DNA from: Sphaerodactylus townsendi
Lineage: Eukaryota
Direction of reading: 5' to 3'
DNA: 64,000 nucleotides
Assembly: GCF_021028975.2 (NCBI RefSeq)
Contig: NC_059434.1
Location: 12,090,001 to 12,154,000, forward strand
Shown here: positions 51,067 through 64,000 of the stretch, in pieces
Position numbering within the stretch: the first letter of the stretch is position 1
Layout: each line of letters opens with the position of its first letter
Position numbers and translations under genes: made by a program
The notes under the pieces: model-generated
Databases searched by the model: none
Seen by the model: only the letters and a program-made list of their open reading frames with translations
Told to the model about the DNA's origin: nothing

Positions 51067-54000
51067 GTTTAGAATCTTGACTTCCCAGGTCCTAGTCACC
51101 TTCACAACTGGCTCTTTCATGCATATGTAATATTTACAGAAACTTTTGTCTCTTCTGTACAGTGAATACGATTATTCACTTTAATGTTTACATTCTACTG
51201 AAAAGCATGAAAACGACAGCTCTTTCTTTATGGCTTCTGTTTTGAAAAAAAGGTTTTTCCCCCTCATTTCAGTCTTCCTGACAGTGTAATCCCAAACAAA
51301 GTTCCACCATTTTAAGCCTTCTAATTTCAGTAGACTTGTGTGTGTGTGTGTATGTGTGAAGAGCTGTAACTTCTGACTTATTGCATTGGTGACCTTATGA
51401 ATTAATGACCTCCAATAAGAAAACATCTCATTGTTAACAGCCTTGTTCAGGTCTTGCAAACTGGCAACTAGGATTGCCGTTATTGAGTCAGTCTAATGTT
51501 GGGTCTTCATCTCTTCCTGCTGCCTTCAACTCTTCCTAACATTATTGCCCTTTCTAGTGACTCTTATCTTCTCATGATGTGACCAAAGTCTTCTGTGAAG
51601 AGTTCAGGCTTGTTTTAATCTAGAATCCACTTATTTATCTTTTTTGGTAGTCCACAGTCTCCATGAAACTTTCCTCCAACACCACATTTCAAATGAGTCA
51701 ATTTCCTGTCACCTTTCTTTGTTGTCCAACTTTCACACCCCTACTTAGTGATGCGGAATAGAATGCATGAATTATCTTGATCCTTACACTTAATACATTT
51801 TTCTGCCCCCTTCATAGGCTGCCCTTCCCAACCTCAGCTTCCAATTCCTTGGTTGCCGTCTCCCTTTTAACCGATGACTGTATAATGTTTTTCTCTTTCT
51901 GTATGTGACCTGTTTATGTAAGCCTTTGTAAGGGCACCTCTGTTGTGTTCTGAGGTTACAGGTGTTATGCCGCTTCCTTGCTTTCATCATTTTTGTTGCT
52001 ACCAAAGTCTGACCTTAGAATTCTTGGTTGGATCCAAAAAACAGCATGGCTTCGTTCCATGTGGTGGAATGACAGAACGCTCAGCATGTGTGGTTCTGAG
52101 GTAAAAGAGGACCCTTTACTCTGAACAGCTGTTTTGCTTACATATAAATGAAGTTTATAAGTAAAGCAGCATAACAGTTTTTGTATGGCTGTAAGAGTAA
52201 TGGTTTAGGTAGGTATATAACCGTAAGGTTTCCTTGAACAGACATGGCCACACAGACTTATTTTGCTCACTTGCTACTTAGGCTAATAACTTTCACACAG
52301 AACACAGATTTTTTCTCACAGCATTCTACAGCACCACACTTGAGCTCCTTCCTCCACACACACTCTGTCCAGCGCGAACTCTCACACAAAGGCTTCCTGA
52401 ACAAAACAGTCAACTCCACCCCTTAGGGTACAGCTACTTCACTCACCCATCCAGTCCTTTTCTTTCCTCCTCTACAGGCCTACATCACACCCCTGCAGTA
52501 TTACATGGCAAAACACCACAATGATTCATCCAAGGAATAGATCACCTTTTCAGAGGCTTATTTTATGAGTTGCAGCAGCAAAGTGCCCTAATGGGATAAC
52601 GTGATAAAGGCTAGGAGCTCTTATTTGTTTGAGCTTTTGAGGGAGTTTTGGAGCTTGTATTGCTGTGTGTCCGTTGCTTCCTTGTGCTGCATGGTGTTGA
52701 ATCCCCTTTTCCATTCTCTACAGTTTTTTGCAGTGTGTTATAGGCTTAAAAACTGTACTATTAGATTTGTTGTGGGTTGCATATTAAAGGAGATGGATGC
52801 ATGCAGATGCTGCTTTGGTTTTGATTTCTTTGTCTATATCACAGGTGAATAATTTACATGATAGGGAAGAGGGGAGTGAAGCACCACATGTACTCATTTG
52901 GAGCCCCATCCAAAAGTGAGGGCTGAATCCGCTCTTGGGAGTGATGTGCCGTCTCACTGGCGGATTTTCTCTCCCTGGGCACTTAGGTGATCCCACTGGC
53001 ATGCGATGGCCGCTGCCCCCCGCCCCCCCACAGCTCTGGAACACAGTGTTGGATGCTGAGCCAGGGGCCCTGCCGCCAATGTAGCAGGGGCAGGCCAGGG
53101 GAGGAGCCAACCATATTTGACTCTCTTCTGACCTTTGTTGGCGTTATGCTGGTGGACCGTGCTTTGGTGTTCAGGGTCTTGGGGCCCATTGAGGCTCCCT
53201 GGCAGCATGGAGGCTGTTTGACTTCTTCCAGCCTTCCCACGCTGCTGGGAAGTCTCTGTGGGGGCGCTGGCTGGGACTTGGAGTCCGGGCAATCTGGGAT
53301 GGGGCTGCTTGTTAAAGAACAAGGGCAGCTTCGTAATGTGCATTTTATTTAAGCTGTTTTGCCTTCAGATAGCTGAAAGGCGGGGGATATAAAAAGAAAG
53401 ATTAACAATCAAAATTATTTTTTTACTGGGCTAATAACATATCTGTACAATTTCCATTTCTTAGTTCTGAAGTAGTCTAAAAGAACTTAATGACGATATA
53501 TAATGACGATATAAAGACCAAACAATTATTTATTTATATCCTGTATGCTCCACCTTTCTCCAAGGAGACTCAAAGCAGCTCACATTTTTTTCTCTTCATT
53601 TTATCCTCACAACCTCCCTGTGAAGTAGGTTGGGCTGAGTGTGTTTGACTGGCCTGGGGTCCCTCGCCAAGCTTCCATAGCACAGCAGGTCTCCCAGGTA
53701 ACCACTGCGCCACACTGGCTTTCAAAACAATGGGGGTACTGTGAGATGGCTCAGCAAGTATTCTAGAATCTTGTGGAAATACTTCACTATTTCACCTACT
53801 GGTGGCTGAGTCAGACCTATAGGAGGCCTTACTTCTCAAGTACTACGTGGCTTTTCCCAGAGAAGGGAAATGAGAAAGAATGTTACTTGGGTAATTATGA
53901 ATCTACACCCCTTTTGTCTCATAAAACCTACTCCAGTTGCTTTCTTTTGCTGCCCTTAAAACGGTCGCTATTTAGATGGCAACTGTCTCTGGGAATAGAG

Positions 54001-54315
54001 ATTGTGAGCTGGTCTAAAAGGAATTAGATTATTGTTTTCCAAAAAAAGAAGAAAAGTAGTATCTTTGCTGAGTTTGAATTAGGCATTGAATCATTAACTT
54101 ATTTTTTCTTTAGATGTTGTTTATATTCCATTCAAAGAGCTTGCTTTAGAACACCTGTTATTGCCAAGCTTCCTGTTCGCTCGCATGAATTTCATCTTTT
54201 ATTTTTCTTGATGATGACTGGTAGCAAAAAAGGAATCGCAGTCTGTGGAGTTAAATGTATTCTCTTTGATTAGAAGCTTGTATGTATAATCTAAACCCAA
54301 GGATTAATTATCCTT

Positions 54316-54619
54316 GGGAGCAGCAGTGGCGTAGAGGTTAAGAGCTCGTGTATCTAATCTGGAGGAACTGGGTTTGATTCCCAGCTCTGCCGCCTGAGCT
54401 GTGGAGGCTTATCTGGGGAATTCAGATTAGCCTGTGCACTCCCACACACGCCAGCAGGGTGACCTTGGGCTAGTCACAGCTTCTCGGAGCTCTCTCATCC
54501 CCACCCACCTCACAGGGTGTTTGTTGTGAGGGGGGAAGGGCAAAGAGATTGTAAGCCCCTTTGAGTCTCCTACAGGAGAGAAAGGGGGGATATAAATCCA
54601 AACTCTTCTTCCTCTTCTT
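54316..54619 (+). mobile_element. tRNA-derived SINE (Squam-type)
   Basis: Near-identical to the 34.3 kb copy; (CTT)n tail. Confidence 0.85.
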
Positions 54620-55222
54620 CATCCCTCCAGTATTTAATAATTTGGGACCTATGTGTTCATAGGCACATAGCACATAGGCACTTGCGCTTTAGCACATAGG
54701 CACTTTAATTTCTCAACAGGAGCAGGAGGTTTGCTATGGTCTTTGCAGGTTCTGTAACACCAATGCTTGAAATCCCTGAAACATTGTTATGGCTAGGACA
54801 GGAAAAATGTCTAGTGCCTCAAGTACTGAAAACATTTGATATTCAAACTTTTTCTGAGTATTTGTTTCTGTGTAAGGTTGGTACCTAGGTACTGAGTGCT
54901 GATTGCTAAATATTTTGTCTGTTAATTAAGAACTGGAATTCTTTTCCAGACCTAGCTATTTTAACAGAAGTAGAAGTTTCATTTGTTATGATTGTATAAC
55001 TTTGTGACTGCTACTGATCACTATGGTGTTTTGTAATTATCTTCCTTAAATTCTCTAGAAGTCCATTTAAATTAAATAAACATTTAATTAACAATTAAAT
55101 TAATTAACAAATAAACTTTTAGTGGTATTTTCCTATCTATTTTAATCCCCACCCCCAGTAACGTTTTAAACTTTTAAATAAATCCCTGTAGCTTTCCTGC
55201 TAACCACAACTTGGTCTTCTGT

Positions 55223-55462
55223 GGTTAAAGATAAAGTTAGACCCCCTGTGCAAGCCATTATTGACCCATGGGGTGACGTCATATCACAACATTTACTAGG
55301 CAGACTATGTTTAAGGGGTTGTTTGCTGTTACCTTTCCCAGTCTGTTACAGTTTACTGCCAGCAAGCTGGGTACTCATTTTTTCAACCTTGGATGGATGG
55401 AAGGCTGAGTCAACCTTGAGTCGGCTACCTGAAACTGACTTCTGTTGGGATTGAACTCAGGT
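55223..55462 (-). mobile_element. Sauria SINE-like fragment
   Basis: Reverse-complement similarity to 61598-61895 (ggatggaaggctgagtcaaccttgag). Confidence 0.65.
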
Positions 55463-57425
55463 TCTTTGACTGTCCACCGGACTAATTTTCTGTTAGGAGT
55501 CAGTATTTATCTCCCCCAGAGAGCCCTCCGGGGATTGGGTGGTATATCAAATTAAATAAATAATAATAAATAATAAATAAGAGTTTCATCTTCTAATTCT
55601 TGCATCTGGAGGTACAGAAATAGAGACCAAGTGGAAGTTGGCAGCCCTGAACCAAACATCTTTGGGGTTTCTATAGTCTTTCTAACTATACATTAGGAAT
55701 TTCACTTTCTTCTGGGCACTTTCTTTTGCTAATGAAAACTGAAGGGTCTCTACTAATGTGAGAGCATTTTAATTTTAGTTTCAGAAGCTCTTCCATGCTT
55801 AGCTGTTTTATTTCATGTAAGAAGCACTTTAGGGCCACCTGTTTCCTGTTGATACTTTCCCTGAACTGTAGTTGATAGGAGCTGTTTTTGTTGCCTTTTC
55901 AACCGATCAATTTGTTGTTGTTTTTTTAAGATACCTCAGGGAAAAAAATCTTAGATCTGATCAGTTTAATTTACAATCACCAAGAGGTTTGCTGCTGCTT
56001 TTTGGGGTCTTATCTAGATCACTGTCCATCCTACCACCAGAATGATTTGCATGTAGAACCTCAAAAGGATTTCTCTAATCACTTCAATTAGTATTAGTTG
56101 CTTAATACTAGAGTGCCTTGGAAAAGATAGGCCAAGGATACTGACTTGCATTCTTTGTTTGTGAAGTTGGTGCTGATTAGGACTACTGTTCTGTGCACAT
56201 GTAGAAGCAAGCCTTTTGAACGCTGAGTAAACGCGTCTTGAATCAGATTGTATTCCTGGCATTCAGAGGTTTGTTGTTTGTGAATGGGAAGGTCCCTCTC
56301 CTCCGATCTGCTTGACAAGCTTGAGAAAATCTTGTTAGTTTCACAATTGCAAAGATAACTTTTCCTACTCACCTCTTTTCTCTGTCACCATTTCTGCTGT
56401 GCCTTAAGAACGAGAAGGGGACGTTCTTTTTTTTAAGGGTACCGTGCACACTGGCACTGGTGTGCTTTGAAAAGAAAATGGAAGAGCAGACCCCATTTTT
56501 GTTGGACTGCATGGAGTTATATTTCTGAGTAATAATGTTAGAATAGGGGAAAAGTCCTGCTGATTTTTTTAAAAAAATAAATTTTAAAATAAAATAAATT
56601 ATTTTCAATAACTTTTATTTATTTGTTTATTTTGTTCCATAGGCTGCCCTTCCACATGTGGGCTTAGGGCGGTGTACAGCATTCTTAATAACAACGAAAG
56701 CAGTAAAGTCCACTGCATCTGGGTATCATAGACTCCACTAAGGGACAACTGTTAAATTAAAACCACACCACTTAAAACCACCATTCGCACCAATATCGGG
56801 AATACAGGGAAGGAGGGAATGTTGTTAACAGGAAGGGAGGAAGAAAAGAAAAGGGGAAGGAACGAGGAGGAGATGCTAATTGCTGGAATACTACTGTCTT
56901 CCAGGCCCTGCAAAATTTGCATCAGGTATTGCAAGGCCTGGGTATTGCTTGACATAGCATTCCAGAGCTCGAAAAAGCTGTGGCCCTGGTTGAGGACAGC
57001 TTTTGAGCCAGGCATCTCTTGCAAGTTGTTGTTAGATGAGTGTAACATCTAGGTTATATGTTTGAAATTAGGCAGATTCTTGCATATTCGCATGCCTCAG
57101 GCTTCAGACCATGAAACTGTAGTAAGTCCCTTCAGGATTTTAGCCTAGCATAGGAATATACTAGACCTATGATACTGTGTTAGCTTTTTTAAAAAAAAAG
57201 CTACCTTTAAAATACTGACATCCAAAGATCACTAAATTGTTTACATTCCGAGTACAACAAGTAGAGTCTATTCAGTATAGATGAATATATATATTTAACA
57301 ATCATAATTAATACTAAAATATTTGGTTTCTGCTTTTATGATTCTAGAAAGCTATCTAGGCTGTACCCTAACCTGCATAATCACAGAATTCTGGGTTGCT
57401 TTTAAAACTGTTTCATTTTCACCAG

Positions 57426-57545
57426 GATATTCGGAAATTCTTTGGCGTTGTAAATGTTGGAAAGAGACATGAAAATGACGTCGTCAAAAACACAGATAAA
57501 CTCAAAAATAAGGAAGGCGAGAAGTCAAAATCGAAGGAAATCAAG
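57426..57545 (+). CDS. RFC1: RFC1 exon 2
   Basis: Encodes DIRKFFGVVNVGKRHENDVVKNTDKLKNKEGEKSKSKEIK (N-terminal PCNA-binding DIRKFF motif); AG/GT boundaries. Confidence 0.92.
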
Positions 57546-58826
57546 GTGGGTTTGTCATCGTTAAATCTGTTTTGCTAATGCACATTTTTTGTGATTTTCT
57601 CAGCAGCTTTCACAGTTGCCTTACTGGTTTAAAAGAGGGCAGGATTCACAGATCAGGAGAACTAATTCTGTGTACCCCCTTGGGGTTTTGGAGTTTTTCT
57701 CTATCATGTCTAAAGCGTAGGTAGAGGCTGCCAGTTTCTGCGTTCTCCTCTTTTTGTCTTCCCCCTTTTTCTCTCAGTCCAACTGAAGGAACAAACAGAC
57801 ATACATAAAGCTATGTTTTACTAAATCAGACTAATGCGTCACCTCTCAGCACTGTGTTCTGAGATTGGGAGTGAATCTTGGGCATGGTTTTTTCCCCGTT
57901 CTGAAACTTAAAAAAAAAAATCACATGTGGATGTTAGTATAGATCCTTGTTGCTTTTTCACATGACATTTGTGTCCTACTGCTGAACGACAAGTTTCTAG
58001 CCACTGACTGTTCCCTCAGTGTGCTTGCCTCTGTCGCTAGGAATGGAGATGCTTGAAGTTTATTCACATTGAAGCCTTTGTTGATTGCTATAGGCATAGA
58101 TAATTACAAGGCTGCTGAAAAGGCAAATACTTGCCTTATTTATTTAGGAGATTTTGAGCCACTTTGGAGACCTGTGCAAGGCAGCTTACAAAGTTTTTTA
58201 AAAAGTGAAATAAAACTCTCCCTAAAATATCAGTATAAATAATATTATACAGCCTCATTTGGTTTGGCTGAGAACCTGAATATAACTGTGAACGCAGATT
58301 ATTTTGGGTTGAGATCTTAAAATGGGAAGCAAGCCAGTTTTCACTTATATGCTGAGTGAAATCTGCTTCTGATGCAGATCCGTCTTGTACTATCTGGCAG
58401 ATAGTGGCCCAGTCGTGATGGATGACTTACATTGTTTTGTACGCAGTTGTTTAGTCTACATGGTTTATGCACACTGTTCAAATCAGCTAAAGATCATTAT
58501 CGGGTTTTAAAAAATTGTTTCTGAGAAAGAACGGACAAGATGTCACGAGTCAGAGTTTAAAGGAAAAATGCTCACCCACAAGTGAAAAGTTATTCCTTTT
58601 CATAATTGTCTTCTGCAATCTGAGATGTCATATTTATCACTGAGTACAATTTAAGAATTAACTTGTTATGTGACTTCATAGGGGATGTTGATAGTATGTG
58701 GCAATGTGATAAAAGTTGCTTGAATAAGAGAATTTTATTTTACTTATACTTCTTGAGTATTAGGTAGCAATAGGCTGATATTAGAGAATTTTTTAAAATG
58801 AATAACTAGCAAAGTATTTCAACTAG

Positions 58827-58902
58827 GTGAAGAAGTCATCTCCTGAAGAGGACTCCAAACAAAGGCAGGTTACCAAAAAGAGGCGGATCATCCGTGATTC
58901 AG
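58827..58902 (+). CDS. RFC1: RFC1 exon 3
   Basis: Encodes VKKSSPEEDSKQRQVTKKRRIIRDS; 76 nt; AG/GT boundaries. Confidence 0.88.
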
Positions 58903-59984
58903 GTAACATTCATGATTGCTTTGTCTGGCTATTTTGTATCTCTGAACTAATTTACTGGCTAGATCTTACTTTAGTTTTGATCCTATCGAATTTTTAATTC
59001 TGGTGGGTTTCTTTGAAATGAAGTAGTTTTTAGTTCTACATTATGTAAAACGAGCATAGTGAATAGACCTAACTGATAGCATGGGTTTTGTTAGTATAGG
59101 CTGGTATTTTGGCTGTTCTTACCTGCAGATACGAAGCTGAGTTATAACAAGTTAGGCTGGTACCCTAACCCAGCCCCAGACTGTCTCTTTTGACTGACAG
59201 TAAGTGTCTTAAGTTTCAGGCAGAGGTTTTCTTAGCCTGGTCATCCTTCCAACCTGAGGTGGTAGGTTCAGCACCTGGAATTTGCTTTATACAAAAGATG
59301 CAGGTTATCTTATGAGGTCTGGGTCCTCCCCATTTTTTTACTCTTGACTATCAAAACTGTCAAGATTGAGAAACTTGGAGCAAGGCTTCATTTTCCATGG
59401 CAAATACACATGAAAACTTTTTGAGGAAGGATTTTAAATAGAAGCTGTGGGTATCCTGTCCAGCAAACTGGTGTACAGGTGTGGAGATTCTTATTCAGAG
59501 TTTTGGTAATGCCTCTGGCGCTGTCTAAAACAGGGGTGTTTGTTTCGAGGGCCAGATATGACATAAACGTGACTTTGTTGGACTGGGCCTGGGGGTTGGG
59601 AGGCTGCCTCTGCTGGCCCCAGAATGGCTCGGGGTGGGGTGTGTGCCTGGACTGGCGAGCCAACAGTGTTGTGGAGTGGCTGCCTTTAAAGGGCTTATCA
59701 AGCCTGCAAGAGGCTGGATCCAGTCCCCGGGCCACATGTTTGACACCCCTGGTCTAAAAGTGCTGGAACCCACCCCTGAACAACTTGGTAAACATTTGTA
59801 ATTACTTTCTTGTGAAACATGCATCTTCAAAAATGGTTGGTTTGAATTTCACCTGTCATCATTTGCTTCAGTTACATTTTATGAACATGGAACACTCAGA
59901 TTATGAACAAGAATAGAATTTGAAAGAATGGTTGTCTGCCCAGCTGCATTCACACAAAGAGTACAATAGTAGCAGTTTGCCCTT

Positions 59985-60101
59985 GGCTGATTCTGCGTGG
60001 GCCAAAAACAGTGGTGTGAAAACGGTATAAACCCTTTTACACCCTTTTAAACCCTTTTACCCCATTTTCACACACCATTTTTTGCCCATGTGGAATCAGC
60101 C
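59985..60101. mobile_element. Harbinger-like palindromic MITE
   Basis: TIR ggctgatt / aatcagcc with internal inverted ggtgtgaaaa / ttttcacac. Confidence 0.6.
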
Positions 60102-60797
60102 CTTGATTATGGCCCTGGCTGTGCATTAAAATGTTTCCATCCTGCTCTTTCGGCAGTATTGGTCTACACAGCAGCTTACATAAGCCATAAAACTCCTTCA
60201 GCTGCTTTCTTTAACTGACTGCTCCCACTTTTAATGAGGTATTTACTATGACTGAAGCATCCAACTCTTTCATCCGGATGTTAACAGCTAATCTGATTTG
60301 CTAGTTAGTAGTAATATGGGCAAGAACTGAACATACTGGTAGTAGTCAGCATCTGTTCAAACATTCTGTCGGGATCTTCATTCTGTAACGATTGATGCTG
60401 GTTCAAGTTCTAAGGACGTAGGGAAGCTAACAGAACAGCCTGTATCCAACCTGCTAATCAAAGTGGGCATTAGCAGTTTTCATCTGAAGTGCTGTTTGAA
60501 CAAATTGCAGTGGGCTGCCAGGAGTTTCAAATGACCCTGAAAGGATCCCAATAATATATATCAGAGACAACTTGGTTTGGTTTTTTGGAGAAATATATGT
60601 AAGTTTTCTGTGTAACAAACTGTCTTTTATGGGTCCAGATCAGCTTCCTAGCAAGAGATGGCTCATAGTAGCTCTTATCATATATTAGAAGAAAGCCTTA
60701 TTCAGAGTTTCAGTTTCAGAGAGAGTATAGAGACGTTTTTCTTTTCTTTAAGTTTGTATGGACTTTAAATAACTATCTTGCTATGTTTTAATTGCAG

Positions 60798-60914
60798 ATT
60801 CTGAAGAGGAGATACAGTTGGTGAAAAAATCAAAGAAGTCTCCTGTTAGAAAACAGTCAGTAAAACCTGATAAGATTCTGAAGAAAGACCCGGTTGTTTA
60901 TGTTTCAGAGACAG
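60798..60914 (+). CDS. RFC1: RFC1 exon 4 (gene continues beyond right edge)
   Basis: Encodes SEEEIQLVKKSKKSPVRKQSVKPDKILKKDPVVYVSET; phase 1 to phase 1; AG/GT boundaries. Confidence 0.88.
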
Positions 60915-61597
60915 GTAATAGATACTCCATGATAACTGTTTATATATGGGTATTATGCTGTACTGGAGAACCTTTTAATACTTGCTTAACTTTAGGTAGT
61001 AATATACAATAAACTTTCAAGGATTCTGGATTCTGGACTATAAACTGGGTGTAGAAACTGACTTATTAGACTGGCAGAACTATGGTATACAAATAGTATA
61101 TAAAAGTAACAGATGTCGTTACTGATGTAACAATTGCCTAAATATGCTACTGAACCTTATTGTATGAGTAGTCCCCTAAGAAAATGTTGTTCTCTCATTA
61201 TTTACTTTAACAATAAAATGGTTTTTTTGTTCCACTTTTGATCCATGTTTCTATGCATGAGAATTGCGGGCTGATGGTACAATAACTGCTCTCGTTCAGT
61301 TATACTTAGTGTGAGGTAAGCGTACCCCGGGAAAGATCACTGTTATTAAAACATAAAATAGTTAAGTAGGAAATAGGTTAGCAAGGTGAAGAATCCCACT
61401 AGATCAGATAAGCCTGGTTTCTACTGAGGAACTGTGCAGAAAGCTGTAGTGCAAAATATGTATCGGGCACAATCAGTAGATTGAAAGAGAAAATATCTGA
61501 GTAAACAAGCTGAATATAGTTCTCTGGTGGTTAAAGTACAAAGATAAGGTCGTCAGATTTAGATGTGAATTTTTTCTCTCTCACGTTTCTCTCAGTA

Positions 61598-61896
61598 CAG
61601 GAGTCCTGTGGCGCAGAGTGGTAAGCTGCATTACTGCAGCCAAAAGCTCTGCTCATGGACTTGAGTTCAGTTCCAACGGAAGTTGGTTTCAGGTAGCCAG
61701 CTCAAGGTTGACTCGGCCTTCCATCCTTCCGAGGTTGGTAAAATTGAGTACCAGGTTGCTGGGGGTGAAGTGTAGATAACTGTTGAAGGCAGTGGCAAAC
61801 CACCCTGTAAATATAGTCTGCCTAGTAAACGTCATGATGTGACATCACCCTATTGGTCAGTACTGACCCAGTGCTTGTACAGAATCCTACCTTTAC
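61598..61896 (+). mobile_element. Sauria SINE-like element
   Basis: tRNA-like head gtggcgcagagtggtaagc, core caaggttgactcggccttccatcc, acctttac tail. Confidence 0.75.
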
Positions 61897-62310
61897 AGGC
61901 TCTGTATATTTGCTGAGCTCAACAGTGTTTCCTCATAACTAGTGTGGGTTGTAGGGCAGCCATGAGGTCTTGTATTATATTGTGTGTGTGTGTTTAATGG
62001 TCCTTAATTTTTTTGGGGTATGGACTAAAGCACAGGTGTCAAACTCGTGGCCCTCCAGATGTTATGGACTACAGTTCCCATCATCCCCTGCCAGCATCAT
62101 GCTGACAGGGGATGATGGGAACTGTAGTCCATAACATCTGGAGGGCCGTGAGTTTGACACCTGTGGACTAAAGGGTGGGTGGTGGCAGCGAATAGCTTTG
62201 TTGCTTGATTACCTGAAGGCAGTTCTTTTTTGTCACACACAATCAGGCGAGTGGCTGTTTTATACGTCTGTTACAACATCTTTAAAAACATCCGTTGGGT
62301 GGTCTTACGG

Positions 62311-62496
62311 CAGTGGTTCTCAACCTTCCTAATGCCGCGACCCTTTAATACAGTTCCTCATGTTGTGGTGACCCCCAACCCTAACATTTATTCATTTTAC
62401 AGATGGAGAACACTGATGCAGAGAGTCTTAGGCGACCCCTGTGAAAGGGTCGTTCGACCCCCAAAGGGGTCGCGACCCCCAGGTTGAGAACCACTG
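62311..62496. mobile_element. SPIN-family (hAT) non-autonomous MITE
   Basis: Termini cagtggttctcaaccttcctaatgccgcgaccctttaatacagttcctc and ggggtcgcgacccccaggttgagaaccactg match SPIN/URR1 ends as I recall them; near-TSD tcttacgg/tcttacag. Confidence 0.8.
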
Positions 62497-63411
62497 TCTT
62501 ACAGTGATGTGTTACTTTCCACATGTTTGTTAGTTTAATACTTGATTTACTTCATCTACCAGATTTAAAATTTCTTCTGTATACTGTTAACCAAATTACA
62601 TTACAGTAAGACAGATCCACAAGGCATTGGAGAGGGTGATCGAAAACCGTTTGGGAATCTCCCCCTGCCCCCTTCCCCCGGCCAAAAGAAAAGTTTCCCC
62701 TTCATGTTTCTATGTGTTCTCAGTGATTTGAGCAAGGTCTTTCCCCCTCCCTCATTTCCCCCTTTCACTGACTCTCAACCCACTGTTCTTTTTGAACATT
62801 CAGTTCTTACCGGGCTTTTTGACGGAGGTGGGTATCTTTTGATCAGTTCAGAAAAGGTTTTTTTTATATTTTTTCATGCATGAATTTTCCTATGAAGATA
62901 GTCCTATTCCATCTAAGCATGGTCTGGTTTAGTGGTATAATTATAACAAGGCAAGCCACTTTTAGAAGAAGCAAGTGGGGGACTCCTGGGGAAAGGGAGA
63001 ACTTATTCTTCACACACATCCCCACCAGTCCCTGACTCCATTCTACATGGGGTAAGCAGCCAAGCGCTCCCTGTTGAATGTTTGGAACCCGGTGTGTAAT
63101 GACTACACTTTCAACCATGACTTGGAGCTGAAGGCACCCAAGCTTCTGCTGATTGCTTGACTGAAGGCATTTCTGTCCTCCTCTCAATTCCTCTCTAGTT
63201 TCTTCTCTCCCCATCCTTCAAGTCCCCTTGCCCCAACTAATTGTTTTCTCTACCTGCTATTTTCCCTCTCCCTTGTCAGCTGTTTCACTCCCCACAATTT
63301 CTGTTTTTTTTCTGCCTTCTTTATTTTCCTCTTTACTTATCTCTTCAGTATGCAGGGTAACTTACAGTGACCTGTGTACGGTTTTCAAGGCAAGAGACAT
63401 TGGGAGGTGGC

Positions 63412-63792
63412 CAGAGGTGGGATCCAGCAGGTTCTCACAGGTTCCCGAGAGTAGGTTACTAATTATTTGTGTGTGCCAAGAGGGGGTTACTAATTGGTGA
63501 TTTTGCCACGTGATTTTTGCCTTAGTTACGCCCCTCCTCTCAGCAGTAGCACGCAGAACTTGAAGCAGTCTAGCAGGAGGTGCACCGGCATGTGTGGCAG
63601 CCTGCGCCTGTGTGCATTCGTTTCCCACCCAAGGACCGGCGTAGCGGCTGCGTCCTTGCCACAGCCCCGCCCAGGAGTGCCCTGCCCCTGGAATGCCTGG
63701 CCACACCCCGCCCAGTCCCATTGGCGCTATGCCACAGTTTGAATTCCACCACCATGGGAACCTGTTACTAAAATTTTTGGATCCCACCTCTG
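63412..63792. mobile_element. Non-autonomous hAT element
   Basis: TIR cagaggtgggatcc / ggatcccacctctg; perfect TSD gaggtggc. Confidence 0.85.
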
Positions 63793-64000
63793 GAGGTGGC
63801 TTACCATTGCCTGACTCCACATGGGCCGAGAGAGCTCTGAGAGAACTGTGACTGCCTCAAAGTTACCCAGCAGGCTTCATATGGAGGAATGGGGAATCAA
63901 GCCCTGCAGATTAGAATCTGCTGCTTTTAGCCACTACACCATGTGCTGCCTGAAGTCCTCCCCCCCCTTTTTTTAGTTTTAAGGATATTAGCAGTTTTAA

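Noticed and set aside
57546-58826. Possible counterpart of the human RFC1 intron 2 pentanucleotide (CANVAS) repeat
   Set aside because: No AAAAG/AAGGG array is present; the human repeat derives from a primate Alu tail

Overview
This is vertebrate genomic DNA, most likely a squamate reptile and probably a gecko, inferred from the Sauria/Squam-type SINEs, CR1, BovB-like RTE and hAT/Harbinger MITEs. It carries the conserved LIAS-RPL9-KLB-RFC1 block. LIAS (minus strand, coding exons 1-8, continuing off the left edge) lies head-to-head with RPL9 (plus strand, complete 192-aa CDS with a 5'TOP). KLB/beta-klotho follows (minus strand, 5 exons), then RFC1 (plus strand, exons 1-4, continuing off the right edge). 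LIAS, RPL9 and RFC1 exons splice cleanly in frame. KLB shows clustered frameshifts in the exon 1 signal-peptide region, the second half of exon 4 and exon 5, while exons 2-3 are intact. A ~4.4 kb CpG-rich, ORF-poor block between RPL9 and KLB (about 16.3-20.7 kb) looks like a scrambled non-LTR retroelement or unpolished long-read sequence. Together these point to patchy assembly error rather than real KLB loss, but that needs checking. Other notable items are a Penelope-type minimal hammerhead ribozyme motif in a LIAS intron, a SPIN-family MITE in RFC1, hAT copies bracketing KLB exon 2, and a 342-N gap. I found no convincing novel multi-gene system.
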